64,000 nucleotides of DNA from a virus. The notes under the pieces are model-generated. The model was not told the DNA's origin and did not search any database. It saw only the letters and a list, made by a program, of their open reading frames with translations. Location of the stretch: IMG/VR virus record IMGVR_UViG_3300024496_000011; one strand, written 5' to 3'. Within the stretch, counting starts at the first letter, position 1, and each line of letters opens with the position of its first letter. The translations under genes were made by a program, and so were the position numbers. Shown piece by piece: positions 39,821-47,727 of the stretch.

Positions 39821-39961
39821 TCAGAACTCGATGGTATCTGCAGTGGGTTCGTTCACACTCTCCCCTGCAATCTCTTCACTCACGATAACATCCAGAATGG
39901 ACAGAATCTCATCACCAGTGTTACCTTGAGCAAGCAGAGAGAACATCATCGACTTAGACAT
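39821..39961 (-). CDS. Small acidic early protein (46 aa)
   Basis: Hand translation MSKSMMFSLLAQGNTGDEILSILDVIVSEEIAGESVNEPTADTIEF. Confidence 0.65.
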   Translation of the reverse strand: MSKSMMFSLLAQGNTGDEILSILDVIVSEEIAGESVNEPTADTIEF

Positions 39962-40036
39962 AATCACCAAGAAAGAATAAAGAACTGTTGTGGTGTTAGT
40001 TTATAGTCATAACCCAGGACTGTTTGTGATACTAAC

Positions 40037-40234
40037 TCAGCGAACTTGTGTCACAAAGTTAGTGCCACTGCTACGGTTAGTTCTACAACGATTCCCCTTG
40101 GTTTGTGTCATCACTAGGTGAGACTTACGGGGTTTCACTGTTGCTAACCGTGTCACCTTAACCTTACCTTGAACCTCAGCAATCACGAGATCCAGTGTAG
40201 ACAACGAAGCAAACTCAGAGACGGTCATAATCAC
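40037..40234 (-). CDS. Hypothetical early protein (65 aa)
   Basis: ORF track; basic C-terminus. Confidence 0.65.
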   Translation of the reverse strand: MIMTVSEFASLSTLDLVIAEVQGKVKVTRLATVKPRKSHLVMTQTKGNRCRTNRSSGTNFVTQVR

Positions 40235-40263
40235 GAAGAAGTGTGTTGGTGAGTGATAACAAT

Positions 40264-40581
40264 TCAGTTAAGAATCATACCCTCAGTGAACGGAACTGTT
40301 TGGACAGTATCATTCACAAACCACTCGAAGTCTTTCTGATAAACACGAGCACCATTTCCATGCTCTTGGAGAATAGCATTGAGACGCGACTTGGTGGTGT
40401 TTGTATAATACCCACAAGTGTAAAGTTCAATGAATGTATCACCAATAGTGGCAATGTGATTCCCGTGCAGATACACATAAGACGCATCTCTTTCGGGAGA
40501 ATAAGTAACAGAAGTGTTGCTATTCTTCCAGTCGATGCACTTATTGATAGCGGTATTCATCTGCTTTTCGATGATACGCAT
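40264..40581 (-). CDS. Hypothetical early protein (start corrected to MRIIEKQM)
   Basis: ORF track 40264-40641; upstream ATG overlaps the promoter, so internal Met at 40581 is preferred; VYLHGNHIA..CGYYTNTTKSRLNAIL motif. Confidence 0.75.
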   Translation of the reverse strand: MRIIEKQMNTAINKCIDWKNSNTSVTYSPERDASYVYLHGNHIATIGDTFIELYTCGYYTNTTKSRLNAILQEHGNGARVYQKDFEWFVNDTVQTVPFTEGMILN

Positions 40582-40632
40582 TGCAGGAAAGTGTCGGTGG
40601 GTTTGTGTGGTTGATCTCTCTTCCACCCTTAT

Positions 40633-40690
40633 AGAATACACGATTTTGGATCCTGTGCTCTTTTATTGTGCCACTTTAACTTGTGTCACA
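40633..40690 (-). promoter_or_regulatory. Early promoter copy A: -10 TATTCT plus upstream palindrome TGTGCCAC-N8-GTGTCACA
   Basis: agaata 40633-40638; palindrome 40667-40690; 28-bp gap. Confidence 0.75.
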
Positions 40691-40712
40691 TGGTATAAAC
40701 AATCGGAGCAAC

Positions 40713-40886
40713 TCACCATCTGTCAGGTACACTTAGGTCTTCAACATAAGCATCACACTTCTCTGCAGGTTCCAACTTGAATAACTTCTCCCAATCAATC
40801 TGATGTGGGTCGAAGTCACCGAACACTGATAGATCCAGAGTGATCCTATAACGCTGCTTCTGTGCTTGACTGTATGCTACTGACAT
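40713..40886 (-). CDS. Hypothetical early protein (start corrected to MSVAYSQ)
   Basis: ORF track 40713-40943; YRITLDL.V..DFDPHQIDWEKLF; internal Met lies downstream of the sigma70 promoter. Confidence 0.7.
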   Translation of the reverse strand: MSVAYSQAQKQRYRITLDLSVFGDFDPHQIDWEKLFKLEPAEKCDAYVEDLSVPDRW

Positions 40887-40914
40887 AAGTGCGCTCCGTT
40901 GGTGTATGTGAAAC

Positions 40915-40943
40915 ACTATAAGATGCCTGTGAGAACTTGTCAA
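40915..40943 (-). promoter_or_regulatory. sigma70-type promoter TTGACA-17-TATAGT
   Basis: tgtcaa 40938-40943, actata 40915-40920, 17-bp spacer. Confidence 0.75.
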
Positions 40944-41017
40944 GTCCTGTGGGGTATTTATGAGCGAGTGGTGGATTTATGTGGGGGATGTGTGGGGATT
41001 TTGTGACGCTGGGGGTA

Positions 41018-41046
41018 TTGACATTTGTGCGGAGTGCTGATATAAT
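41018..41046 (+). promoter_or_regulatory. Perfect consensus sigma70 promoter TTGACA-17-TATAAT on the + (gene-free) strand
   Basis: ttgaca 41018-41023, tataat 41041-41046, 17-bp spacer. Confidence 0.8.
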
Positions 41047-41070
41047 GCACGGTAAGATCACAAGGTCTGA

Positions 41071-41156
41071 GCACATTTATAAGCACATAAGTACAAGACC
41101 TCAGCACATTTATAAGCACATAAGTACAAGACCTCAGCACATTTATAAGCACATAA
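41071..41156 (+). repeat. 33-bp tandem repeat, 2.6 identical copies
   Basis: Unit gcacatttataagcacataagtacaagacctca at 41071, 41104 and 41137 (partial). Confidence 0.95.
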
Positions 41157-41300
41157 ATGGGTCTTAATTGATACTAATTCTTATCATTATCACCTTTTAA
41201 TAACAATAATTATCAGAGAATAAAAACACGCATATACATTTAAAAATACATTTTTAATTGATTTTATATCATTTTATCGTTATATTGTATTAAAAAGCAT

Positions 41301-41327
41301 AAAAAAGAGAGGGATTTGTTCCCTCTC
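41301..41327 (-). terminator. Rho-independent terminator
   Basis: GAGAGGGA-5-TCCCTCTC stem followed on the minus strand by TTTTTT; downstream of ORF 41334-41510. Confidence 0.8.
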
Positions 41328-41333
41328 TGAGCA

Positions 41334-41510
41334 TTATTCAATCACTGGTACTTTCACCTCTTGTTTGTACTTATCAGCATAGAATCCTGCTAACTCTACT
41401 GATGACATTGGCACTGGAGTTTGATTGTATTTGTATAAACGATGTCTGTCATAAGTGAACCATTCATACTCTTTTGTTTGTAGATTAGATGCAACGCAGT
41501 GTGAGATCAT
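41334..41510 (-). CDS. Hypothetical early protein (58 aa)
   Basis: Hand translation MISHCVASNLQTKEYEWFTYDRHRLYKYNQTPVPMSSVELAGFYADKYKQEVKVPVIE. Confidence 0.6.
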   Translation of the reverse strand: MISHCVASNLQTKEYEWFTYDRHRLYKYNQTPVPMSSVELAGFYADKYKQEVKVPVIE

Positions 41511-41514
41511 TACA

Positions 41515-41841
41515 TCAAACTCCTAGAAGTTCTCGTTGTTCTGGTGTAAGACTTTCAATCAATTCTTTACGCTTTTGTGATTTGATTTCTTTCTGTTTCT
41601 GCTCTTCAAGTTTTTCATCTAAAATGTTATTCATTGTGTAAAACTCATAATCACCTTTATCCCAAGTAGATTCACCTTCGTTGGTGATGAAAACAGTTTT
41701 ATTGCTCCATTCGTTACTATCGTACCAATCATCGCGCAGAGTGATTGTATAACCTTCATCTGTTTGAGTATAGGTTACATCAACAATAGAAAGTTTTTCT
41801 GCTTTACAGAGAAAGTCCAGCAGTTCAGTTGTAGTAATCAT
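41515..41841 (-). CDS. Hypothetical early protein (108 aa)
   Basis: ORF track; C-terminal RKELIESLTPEQRELLG. Confidence 0.75.
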   Translation of the reverse strand: MITTTELLDFLCKAEKLSIVDVTYTQTDEGYTITLRDDWYDSNEWSNKTVFITNEGESTWDKGDYEFYTMNNILDEKLEEQKQKEIKSQKRKELIESLTPEQRELLGV

Positions 41842-41846
41842 TTCAG

Positions 41847-42059
41847 TTACCTAAGATCAAAATTGTTAAACTGTTCACTCACATAATCCCACGAAAACAT
41901 TGGTCCTTTGACAATAAGATAACTGATGCCCATACATGCTACATAAGCACCACCAAATACAAATGCAAGTAACATAAAAGGAAGTGCAAATAGATTCTTC
42001 AGCATCACATACCAAGGCAACAGATTGTTGTTTGGTGTTTGAGGAAACTTCCAGTTCAT
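41847..42059 (-). CDS. Small membrane protein (70 aa)
   Basis: Long hydrophobic segment LFALPFMLLAFVFGGAYVACMGISYLIV. Confidence 0.7.
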   Translation of the reverse strand: MNWKFPQTPNNNLLPWYVMLKNLFALPFMLLAFVFGGAYVACMGISYLIVKGPMFSWDYVSEQFNNFDLR

Positions 42060-42229
42060 TGGTTTTCAGGATAAAGAATGTCTAGCATTTGTTGATAATA
42101 CTCATCTGCTTCAACCTCACATTGATGAGATTCAGTTGCATCTTCAATCTCATATTGTTTTAGGTTGAGAGTGTGAATCACTGTAGAGAGAAGTTCAGTC
42201 AGAGCATCAACTTTGTCTGCATCAGTCAT
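42056..42229 (-). CDS. Acidic hypothetical early protein (start MTDADK)
   Basis: ORF track 42056-42256, trimmed to the ATGA-coupled start. Confidence 0.7.
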   Translation of the reverse strand: MTDADKVDALTELLSTVIHTLNLKQYEIEDATESHQCEVEADEYYQQMLDILYPENQ

Positions 42230-42357
42230 TGCATTAAGTGCGCAGGTGATCCACAAGAAAGATAAAACTCAATCATCCTTTGTGCTTCATCAAGTGTAGA
42301 GAATGATTGTATTCTCCACTCTTGTTGATATGGTGTGAAGTAGCGAATCGTGAACAT
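42226..42357 (-). CDS. Hypothetical early protein (start MFTIRY)
   Basis: ORF track 42226-42408, trimmed; FTIRYFTPYQQEWR.QSF.TLDEA.RMIEFY.SCGSPA. Confidence 0.65.
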   Translation of the reverse strand: MFTIRYFTPYQQEWRIQSFSTLDEAQRMIEFYLSCGSPAHLMQ

Positions 42358-42412
42358 CTCAGTGATGAAAGTAGAAACGAAGTACAACTGAAATGAATAC
42401 AGTTTCAATCAT

Positions 42413-42739
42413 TTACATCAACGAAAATGCTTCAGTTTGAGATACACTACCTTCTGGCAGTTTTGTAGTTTCAGCACAGAAAACTGCATCAGCAAAAGTA
42501 TTAAACTTTCCGAAGTTTACTTGATTACCAACCCAGCAACCTTTGTATTCATAAACCATTGCTTGCACAATAAACTCATCACCTTTTGTTTGCTGATTCA
42601 CAGAATGACGAATCTCAATGTTGTTTCCTTCCTGAGAATAAGTGTCGAAACTATTACTCTTAAAGCGACGATTCCAGGTAGGAAAACTTACAGAAACATC
42701 AATGTTCTCAGCAAAGAGATTTGCGAAGTGAGCAGTCAT
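42413..42739 (-). CDS. Hypothetical early protein (108 aa)
   Basis: ORF track; directly behind early promoter copy B and the conserved leader. Confidence 0.8.
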   Translation of the reverse strand: MTAHFANLFAENIDVSVSFPTWNRRFKSNSFDTYSQEGNNIEIRHSVNQQTKGDEFIVQAMVYEYKGCWVGNQVNFGKFNTFADAVFCAETTKLPEGSVSQTEAFSLM

Positions 42740-42740
42740 T

Positions 42741-42820
42741 GAGTGAAATCCCTTGAACTTCTATAGAATACACGATTTTGGACACTGGAGAGATTTATTG
42801 TGCCACCTCTACAAGTGTCC
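42741..42820 (-). promoter_or_regulatory. Early promoter copy B with conserved 5' leader
   Basis: gagtgaaatcccttgaacttctatagaatacacgattttgg; -10 at 42765-42770; TGTGCCAC 42799-42806 ... GTGTCC 42815-42820. Confidence 0.75.
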
Positions 42821-42973
42821 TATCAATATATTTTTGATTGAGAATACTCAGGTAATCAAAAGGCCAAAGAACAGGATTTTCCAGAAAAAACTCATCATCA
42901 GCATCAGTCAGTTGTGGATACTTTTCCCGACACATTTGCAGGATTTCTTCATCAGTGGGAAACTTGTTCATAA

Positions 42974-43129
42974 TCAGCAGTTGCGAAGTTTCAATTCCTC
43001 AATGAGAAGATTCATATACTCTTCTGCTTCTGGTGTCTTTAACAGTGCTGTATCTGCAATCTCAAAGGATAAATCAGAATCAGCAAGTTCTTGCAGTTCT
43101 TCTACAGAATAGAAACCATAATCAGTCAT
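42974..43129 (-). CDS. Small acidic protein (start MTDYG)
   Basis: ORF track 42974-43165, trimmed. Confidence 0.6.
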   Translation of the reverse strand: MTDYGFYSVEELQELADSDLSFEIADTALLKTPEAEEYMNLLIEELKLRNC

Positions 43130-43133
43130 TGAA

Positions 43134-43379
43134 TTAACCTCCACCGTATTCATAAGCAACAACACCAGCAGGATGATTCACACCTTCGATGACTTTAATT
43201 GGTGCAGAATTAAACTCTTTTTGCATATCTTCATTCTTTACTTTTGCATAATCACTTTCACCAGATTCACCAAACTGCTCCATAAAGATCTGCTCACAAT
43301 GAGGCAATGATTCAGCAGCGATTACACACATTCCAGGAGTGTAATCATACAGCACTTCGTTGAGAATGTAGAGGTTCAT
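43134..43379 (-). CDS. Hypothetical protein (start MNLYIL)
   Basis: ORF track 43134-43412; LYILNEVLYDYTPGMCVIAAESL...YEYGGG. Confidence 0.7.
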   Translation of the reverse strand: MNLYILNEVLYDYTPGMCVIAAESLPHCEQIFMEQFGESGESDYAKVKNEDMQKEFNSAPIKVIEGVNHPAGVVAYEYGGG

Positions 43380-43383
43380 TGTT

Positions 43384-43581
43384 TTAGTTGCGGTCATAAA
43401 CAAGATTCTCAAGTTCAGTAAGAAGTTCGGGCGTGAAGTTTTCTACAATGAGAACTGGTTCTTCATCCTCATTGCAATCATAATACAATTCACATTCATA
43501 CTGATAAGCAAGGTCATCATCCAACAACATCAGATTCTCAAGTTGTTGTTCAATACTGCGAATCAGTTGTTCTTGTGTCAT
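43384..43581 (-). CDS. Acidic hypothetical protein (65 aa)
   Basis: ORF track; ATGA coupling. Confidence 0.7.
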   Translation of the reverse strand: MTQEQLIRSIEQQLENLMLLDDDLAYQYECELYYDCNEDEEPVLIVENFTPELLTELENLVYDRN

Positions 43582-43763
43582 TTTGCGGGATAAAGACAGG
43601 AACTAAGATGACCGGGGCGAACAAGAACTTGCCCACCTTTTGCTGCACATTGTGCTTCAATCTTTGGATTGGTAAAAGCAAGAAGAATTGCAGCAAATGC
43701 AAGAAATACTACACCAATCCCAAGATAAACAAACACCTCAAACCAAGTTTCGTTGTTGTTCAA
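43578..43763 (-). CDS. Small membrane protein (61 aa)
   Basis: TM segment VFVYLGIGVVFLAFAAILLAF, then C..KGG...C. Confidence 0.7.
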   Translation of the reverse strand: MNNNETWFEVFVYLGIGVVFLAFAAILLAFTNPKIEAQCAAKGGQVLVRPGHLSSCLYPAK

Positions 43764-43948
43764 AACTCAACCTCCCAATCAGAATCGTTGTTGAGATTAA
43801 CCCAGAAAAAGTTCTTTCCATTCAGTGAACGCAAAAATACACGATCACCTTTGTTTTGTTCAACAATACACTCTGATTCTGATTGCATCAAGTTACAAAA
43901 TCTGTTCTTTGCTTTCTTAGATTTTGGAGAGACAAATGCAGTGTTCAT
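43760..43948 (-). CDS. Hypothetical protein (62 aa)
   Basis: V.PKS.KAKNRF.N.M pattern; ATGA coupling. Confidence 0.75.
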   Translation of the reverse strand: MNTAFVSPKSKKAKNRFCNLMQSESECIVEQNKGDRVFLRSLNGKNFFWVNLNNDSDWEVEF

Positions 43949-43951
43949 TGT

Positions 43952-44191
43952 TCAAAAGTGCGATTCGGACCAATCAAGTTTGTCACTGTACTTTGCAATA
44001 CCATCGTAACAACGACCTGCCATCAGATCGTCACCGTCAGCGACATAACCTTTGAGAAACTCAAAGCAATACTTGATACGCAGTTCAGGTGCAACTGCAT
44101 CAAGTTGTTGTTGCTTACGCTGCTGATAGTTTGCATTGTAAGCAAACATTTCACGATCTTCGATGCTGATGGGATGAAACTTGCGATCCAT
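43952..44191 (-). CDS. Hypothetical early protein (79 aa)
   Basis: ORF track; behind promoter copy C. Confidence 0.75.
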   Translation of the reverse strand: MDRKFHPISIEDREMFAYNANYQQRKQQQLDAVAPELRIKYCFEFLKGYVADGDDLMAGRCYDGIAKYSDKLDWSESHF

Positions 44192-44192
44192 T

Positions 44193-44274
44193 GGGTGAAA
44201 TCCCTTGAACTTCTATAGAATACACCAATCTGGGCGCTGTGCTCATACCTTGTGACAGTTCCTCAACCGTCCGC
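44193..44274 (-). promoter_or_regulatory. Early promoter copy C with conserved leader
   Basis: -10 agaata 44217-44222; TGTGACAG 44251-44258 ... CCGTCCGC 44267-44274. Confidence 0.7.
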
Positions 44275-44520
44275 ATTTACTACATTTTCAATCATTTCAT
44301 TCACATAATCTTCATCATAAAACTGTGAAATCTCTTCTACCAATTCATCTGGAGTAGAACAACTTTCACGCAGATTCATTTCAATTTGTTCTGATACAAA
44401 TTGCACCAAACTGTCTAGATCCATTCCATCAACCAACTGCTCAACATAGTTGGCAAGCAGTTTATCGTACTGATCTTGAGTAAGTTCCATTTTGTTTGTG
44501 AAGTTAGGAAGGGAAATCAT
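44263..44520 (-). CDS. Acidic hypothetical protein (85 aa)
   Basis: ORF track; YVEQLVDGMDLDSL pattern. Confidence 0.7.
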   Translation of the reverse strand: MISLPNFTNKMELTQDQYDKLLANYVEQLVDGMDLDSLVQFVSEQIEMNLRESCSTPDELVEEISQFYDEDYVNEMIENVVNADG

Positions 44521-44732
44521 TTTTTGAGAAAGTTTTTGATGAAACTAAGAATTAGAATCACACCAAACACCTGCCAATAGGTGACAGTCAAACCAATCAG
44601 AAAATGGATAATTGCATATAGCACACCTGCGAAGATTGCAGTGGCAATGAGACTACCAATCAGTTCTCCAATCAATCCACTAATCTCAACTAAAATCTCT
44701 TTGATTTGTTGCTTTTCAGAAGAAATAGTCAT
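44517..44732 (-). CDS. Small membrane protein (71 aa)
   Basis: Two hydrophobic segments. Confidence 0.7.
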   Translation of the reverse strand: MTISSEKQQIKEILVEISGLIGELIGSLIATAIFAGVLYAIIHFLIGLTVTYWQVFGVILILSFIKNFLKK

Positions 44733-44734
44733 AA

Positions 44735-44959
44735 TCAGTTCTTGAAGTAAAAACCTGCAGTTTTGTTCATTGCAATCAATTTATCTTGAATCTCTTGCAA
44801 CTCTGGTTCATAACAACCTTCATATAAATCATCACTATCAACTTCTGCAGTTTCCTCCAGATAGAGTGTTCCACCTTCAAGAAGTGGAGTGTAATACATT
44901 GCACCTTCTGCATCAATAGAATATGCACAACCGTGACCTTCGGGAATGTATAGAATCAT
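44735..44959 (-). CDS. Acidic hypothetical protein (74 aa)
   Basis: ORF track. Confidence 0.7.
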   Translation of the reverse strand: MILYIPEGHGCAYSIDAEGAMYYTPLLEGGTLYLEETAEVDSDDLYEGCYEPELQEIQDKLIAMNKTAGFYFKN

Positions 44960-44962
44960 TGT

Positions 44963-45178
44963 TCAGTGAGTGTTGAGAATGTGACGGTAATCAATAGACT
45001 TAATGCACCAACCAGTCCAAGATGTAATCTCTTCGACTAGATCTTCTTCATCATCTGCTTCTACAATCTGACCGATTGTTTCTTCAGTGATTGCGTTCAT
45101 CTCTTCTGCAGAGATTTCATCTTCAGCACCAGTGAAATCAAACTCAATGTCAGTAACTTGGAATTGCATTACTTGCAA
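44963..45178 (-). CDS. Acidic hypothetical protein (71 aa)
   Basis: VTDIEFDF...EEDLVEEITSWTGWCIKSIDY pattern. Confidence 0.7.
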   Translation of the reverse strand: MQVMQFQVTDIEFDFTGAEDEISAEEMNAITEETIGQIVEADDEEDLVEEITSWTGWCIKSIDYRHILNTH

Positions 45179-45448
45179 TAGTTAGGGTCAATTTGACAGA
45201 AACGATCTGCTTGTTGTTCTTGATACTCATTCACAGTAGCGTGAGCAGCAAGACCAACACGAAGACCAAGCGCGAGAGTAGCAATCAAAAAAGCAATTCG
45301 CATCAGACTTCATCCCTCATTTGACCAACTTTGTCATAAAGTTGCTCAATATCCACATCCAGATGTTCACTCAATTCTATCCAATCGTGAAACTCAATCA
45401 ATGCAAGAATTGCATCCAATTCTTCAAAAGTGAGAGTGGTTTTAGTCA

Positions 45449-45697
45449 TCAAACTGCACCTTGCATAAAGTTGTACTCTTGAACCAGACCAATGTTGTCA
45501 CCAGTGATGACATAATCCATTGCGATTCTCTCATCAATCTCGCGGATTGCATCTTTCTTGGTGATGCACTTCTGAGAGATTGTATCAATACCCTTCCAAG
45601 AAAGAATCTTGAGAGTGTGAGTAGAACAATCCTCAATGGGATAGAATCCCACGAGCATTGTGCCGTCTTTTGATTGAAGTGTGGGAAACTCGGTCAT
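45449..45697 (-). CDS. Hypothetical early protein (82 aa)
   Basis: ORF track; behind promoter copy D. Confidence 0.75.
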   Translation of the reverse strand: MTEFPTLQSKDGTMLVGFYPIEDCSTHTLKILSWKGIDTISQKCITKKDAIREIDERIAMDYVITGDNIGLVQEYNFMQGAV

Positions 45698-45779
45698 GGG
45701 TGAAATCCCTTGAACTTCTTAAGAATACACGATTTTGGGTCAGGAAACCAGAGCGTGTGCCAGAAATCGAACTGGCACA
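45698..45779 (-). promoter_or_regulatory. Early promoter copy D, perfect palindrome TGTGCCAG-N8-CTGGCACA
   Basis: -10 agaata 45722-45727; palindrome 45756-45779. Confidence 0.78.
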
Positions 45780-45795
45780 CCTCTCTTAGTTTATA

Positions 45796-46239
45796 TCAAC
45801 GAGCGTACAAATATCCTCCCGACCAATCGCAATTCTCAAGCACATATTCACGATCAGTAATCAATCGCAAATCATAGCGAACACCTTTAGCAGGAGACTT
45901 CCAACTGGCAGACTTATAAACTTCTCCCGTTTGCTTATCAATGAAGCAATGAACACTGCGGGAACCGCCACCATTAACCAAAATCACTTTGTGATACTTT
46001 TTACCAGTTTCTACCTGATAATCAATGTCGCACTCTCCAGACTTGAGTTCATCAATCTTGCGCTGATGATACTCTTGGGTATCAGCATCATTCGCGAACT
46101 TTTGATGACCGCGAATAGAATACTCAACATAATTCTGTTTGAGTGCTTCAATCAGCATTTGAGTGTACTTAACAACATTCTCAGCAATTTGTTGCTTTGC
46201 TTGTTGTTGAGCAGGAAAATCAACGAAAGCAGTTGTCAT
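45796..46239 (-). CDS. Conserved phage hypothetical protein (147 aa)
   Basis: GKKYHKV..GSRSVHCFIDKQTGEVYKSASWKSPAKGVRYDL...CDWSGGYLY. Confidence 0.85.
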   Translation of the reverse strand: MTTAFVDFPAQQQAKQQIAENVVKYTQMLIEALKQNYVEYSIRGHQKFANDADTQEYHQRKIDELKSGECDIDYQVETGKKYHKVILVNGGGSRSVHCFIDKQTGEVYKSASWKSPAKGVRYDLRLITDREYVLENCDWSGGYLYAR

Positions 46240-46240
46240 T

Positions 46241-46322
46241 GGGTGAAATCCCTTGAACTTCTTAAGAATACATCATTTTGAGCACTGTGCTCATTTACTG
46301 TGCCACTTTCATAAGTGTCACC
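46241..46322 (-). promoter_or_regulatory. Early promoter copy E with conserved leader
   Basis: -10 agaata 46265-46270; inner palindrome GAGCAC-T-GTGCTC; TGTGCCAC 46299-46306 ... GTGTCACC 46315-46322. Confidence 0.75.
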
Positions 46323-46572
46323 ATTTGTTTTGTTGAATGAGGATCTTTTTGATTTCTTGATAAATGAACTGACGAAGTTTAGGTTCGGTAGTGTTATCAA
46401 AAGCATAATACAGTCGATTCAGATACTCATTCTGTGTTGCACCAATGTTACCATCACCACCGATGTCATTGAGTGATGAACCTGCAACAACTTTCGATTT
46501 TCCAAAGTTACCTGAGACACGCCCAGTTGTTCTCAGTTTAGGGCGAATCTTTGAGAGGTTAGAGTAAGTCAT
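46318..46572 (-). CDS. Hypothetical protein (84 aa)
   Basis: ORF track. Confidence 0.75.
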   Translation of the reverse strand: MTYSNLSKIRPKLRTTGRVSGNFGKSKVVAGSSLNDIGGDGNIGATQNEYLNRLYYAFDNTTEPKLRQFIYQEIKKILIQQNKW

Positions 46573-46878
46573 TCATCCTCTTCATAAGGGAACATTTCAT
46601 CATACTCTTCATCTGTGAGAGTAAGATACTGAACATTAGCATTTTTGTGCTCTTCAGCATACACTAACTGATAATGTGCAAAAGAACTAGGATCGGAACT
46701 AGCAAACTCTACCAGACCATCAATCAAACAAAGGTAATTCATTTGAAACTCACATTTACACCAATTACTTTTGCTTTTGGATTTCGTGCAGTAGCAGTTT
46801 CTCTTGCATCTTTAGGAGAGTTAGCATACACCTCTTCCTTAAAGACTTTGCCACCAACATACAGATCAACAATGTACT

Positions 46879-47076
46879 TCATAGTGTTTGCCAGTGTTGT
46901 GCTTCTTTGATGTTAGAATTGAAAAACTTTTGAATGATAGAATCAATCACAGGATACCATTCTTCGTTTGCACTAGGATACCCACATTCTCGTGCTTGAT
47001 TGAGAAACTTAAGGATGCAAGTTTCCTCATTAGGAGTAAAATTAACGCGATTGAAAGTGTAACCGTCAGTCATCAA
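46879..47076 (-). CDS. Hypothetical protein (65 aa)
   Basis: ORF track. Confidence 0.65.
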   Translation of the reverse strand: MMTDGYTFNRVNFTPNEETCILKFLNQARECGYPSANEEWYPVIDSIIQKFFNSNIKEAQHWQTL

Positions 47077-47233
47077 TCATCTCCAAAGTTGTTGACAAGA
47101 AAATCCTCAAGTTCGCAAAGTTCCACCTCATCTAAGGAGTCAATGTAGTTACGCAAAGTATCTTCTAAGACACCATTATTCTTTTTGCAAGTTTCATACA
47201 GAAACTCAAAAAGTTGCGTTTTGTTAGTCATAA

Positions 47234-47509
47234 TCAGTTTGCGTAGATTGCCAGACCCTTACGGTCACGGATTGAATCATCAATCACCTCACCAATCTGT
47301 TCGTAAATGTAGTCGGAACCACCTACATCAGCGAGCACATCTTGAGTGAAAAGAGAAGAAAAATACTTCTCTTGATTGTCCTCACCATCAAACTCAACAA
47401 CATCGTGTTGAGTGAATACAAACGCAGCACAGGGAGCGTTCTCACCTTGACTCTCAATCATTTGGTTGATAGAGTCACGAAGTTCAGAAAGAGTGCGATA
47501 CATAATCAA
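47234..47509 (-). CDS. Hypothetical protein (91 aa)
   Basis: ORF track; QGENAPCAAFVFT..DV. Confidence 0.75.
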   Translation of the reverse strand: MIMYRTLSELRDSINQMIESQGENAPCAAFVFTQHDVVEFDGEDNQEKYFSSLFTQDVLADVGGSDYIYEQIGEVIDDSIRDRKGLAIYAN

Positions 47510-47727
47510 ACAGGGGTAACTTCAACAGAGCGGATAAGATTTGTGCGATCTCGTGCTAGGTAATCGTCTGCAATCTTGCCACAAGATGAACGAGACTTAA
47601 TGAATGTTTCTTCATAATAAGTCTCTGCACTGTTGGGGACTTTATACTCAATCAAGAGTCGATAGTTGTTCATAATCAGCAAGCAGTGGGAAGAATAGAG
47701 AAAGTGCCACACCAACGACAAACCCAA
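47506..47727 (-). CDS. Hypothetical protein (true start probably MNNYRLL)
   Basis: ORF track. Confidence 0.55.
   Translation of the reverse strand: MGLSLVWHFLYSSHCLLIMNNYRLLIEYKVPNSAETYYEETFIKSRSSCGKIADDYLARDRTNLIRSVEVTPV

Noticed and set aside
40667-40690. Early-promoter palindrome as a CRP or NtcA site
   Set aside because: CRP is TGTGA-N6-TCACA and NtcA is GTA-N8-TAC; here the TGTG/CACA ends are much further apart with conserved inner CAG-TT/AA-CTG, so neither fits
41071-41156. 33-bp repeats as a mini CRISPR array
   Set aside because: Copies are head-to-tail with no unique spacers, and no cas genes are in the window
40958-41167. ORF-track entries 40958-41152 (-) and 40979-41167 (+)
   Set aside because: Translations are just the tandem repeat read out (VLINVLRSCTY / PQHIYKHIST); no RBS; they overlap promoters
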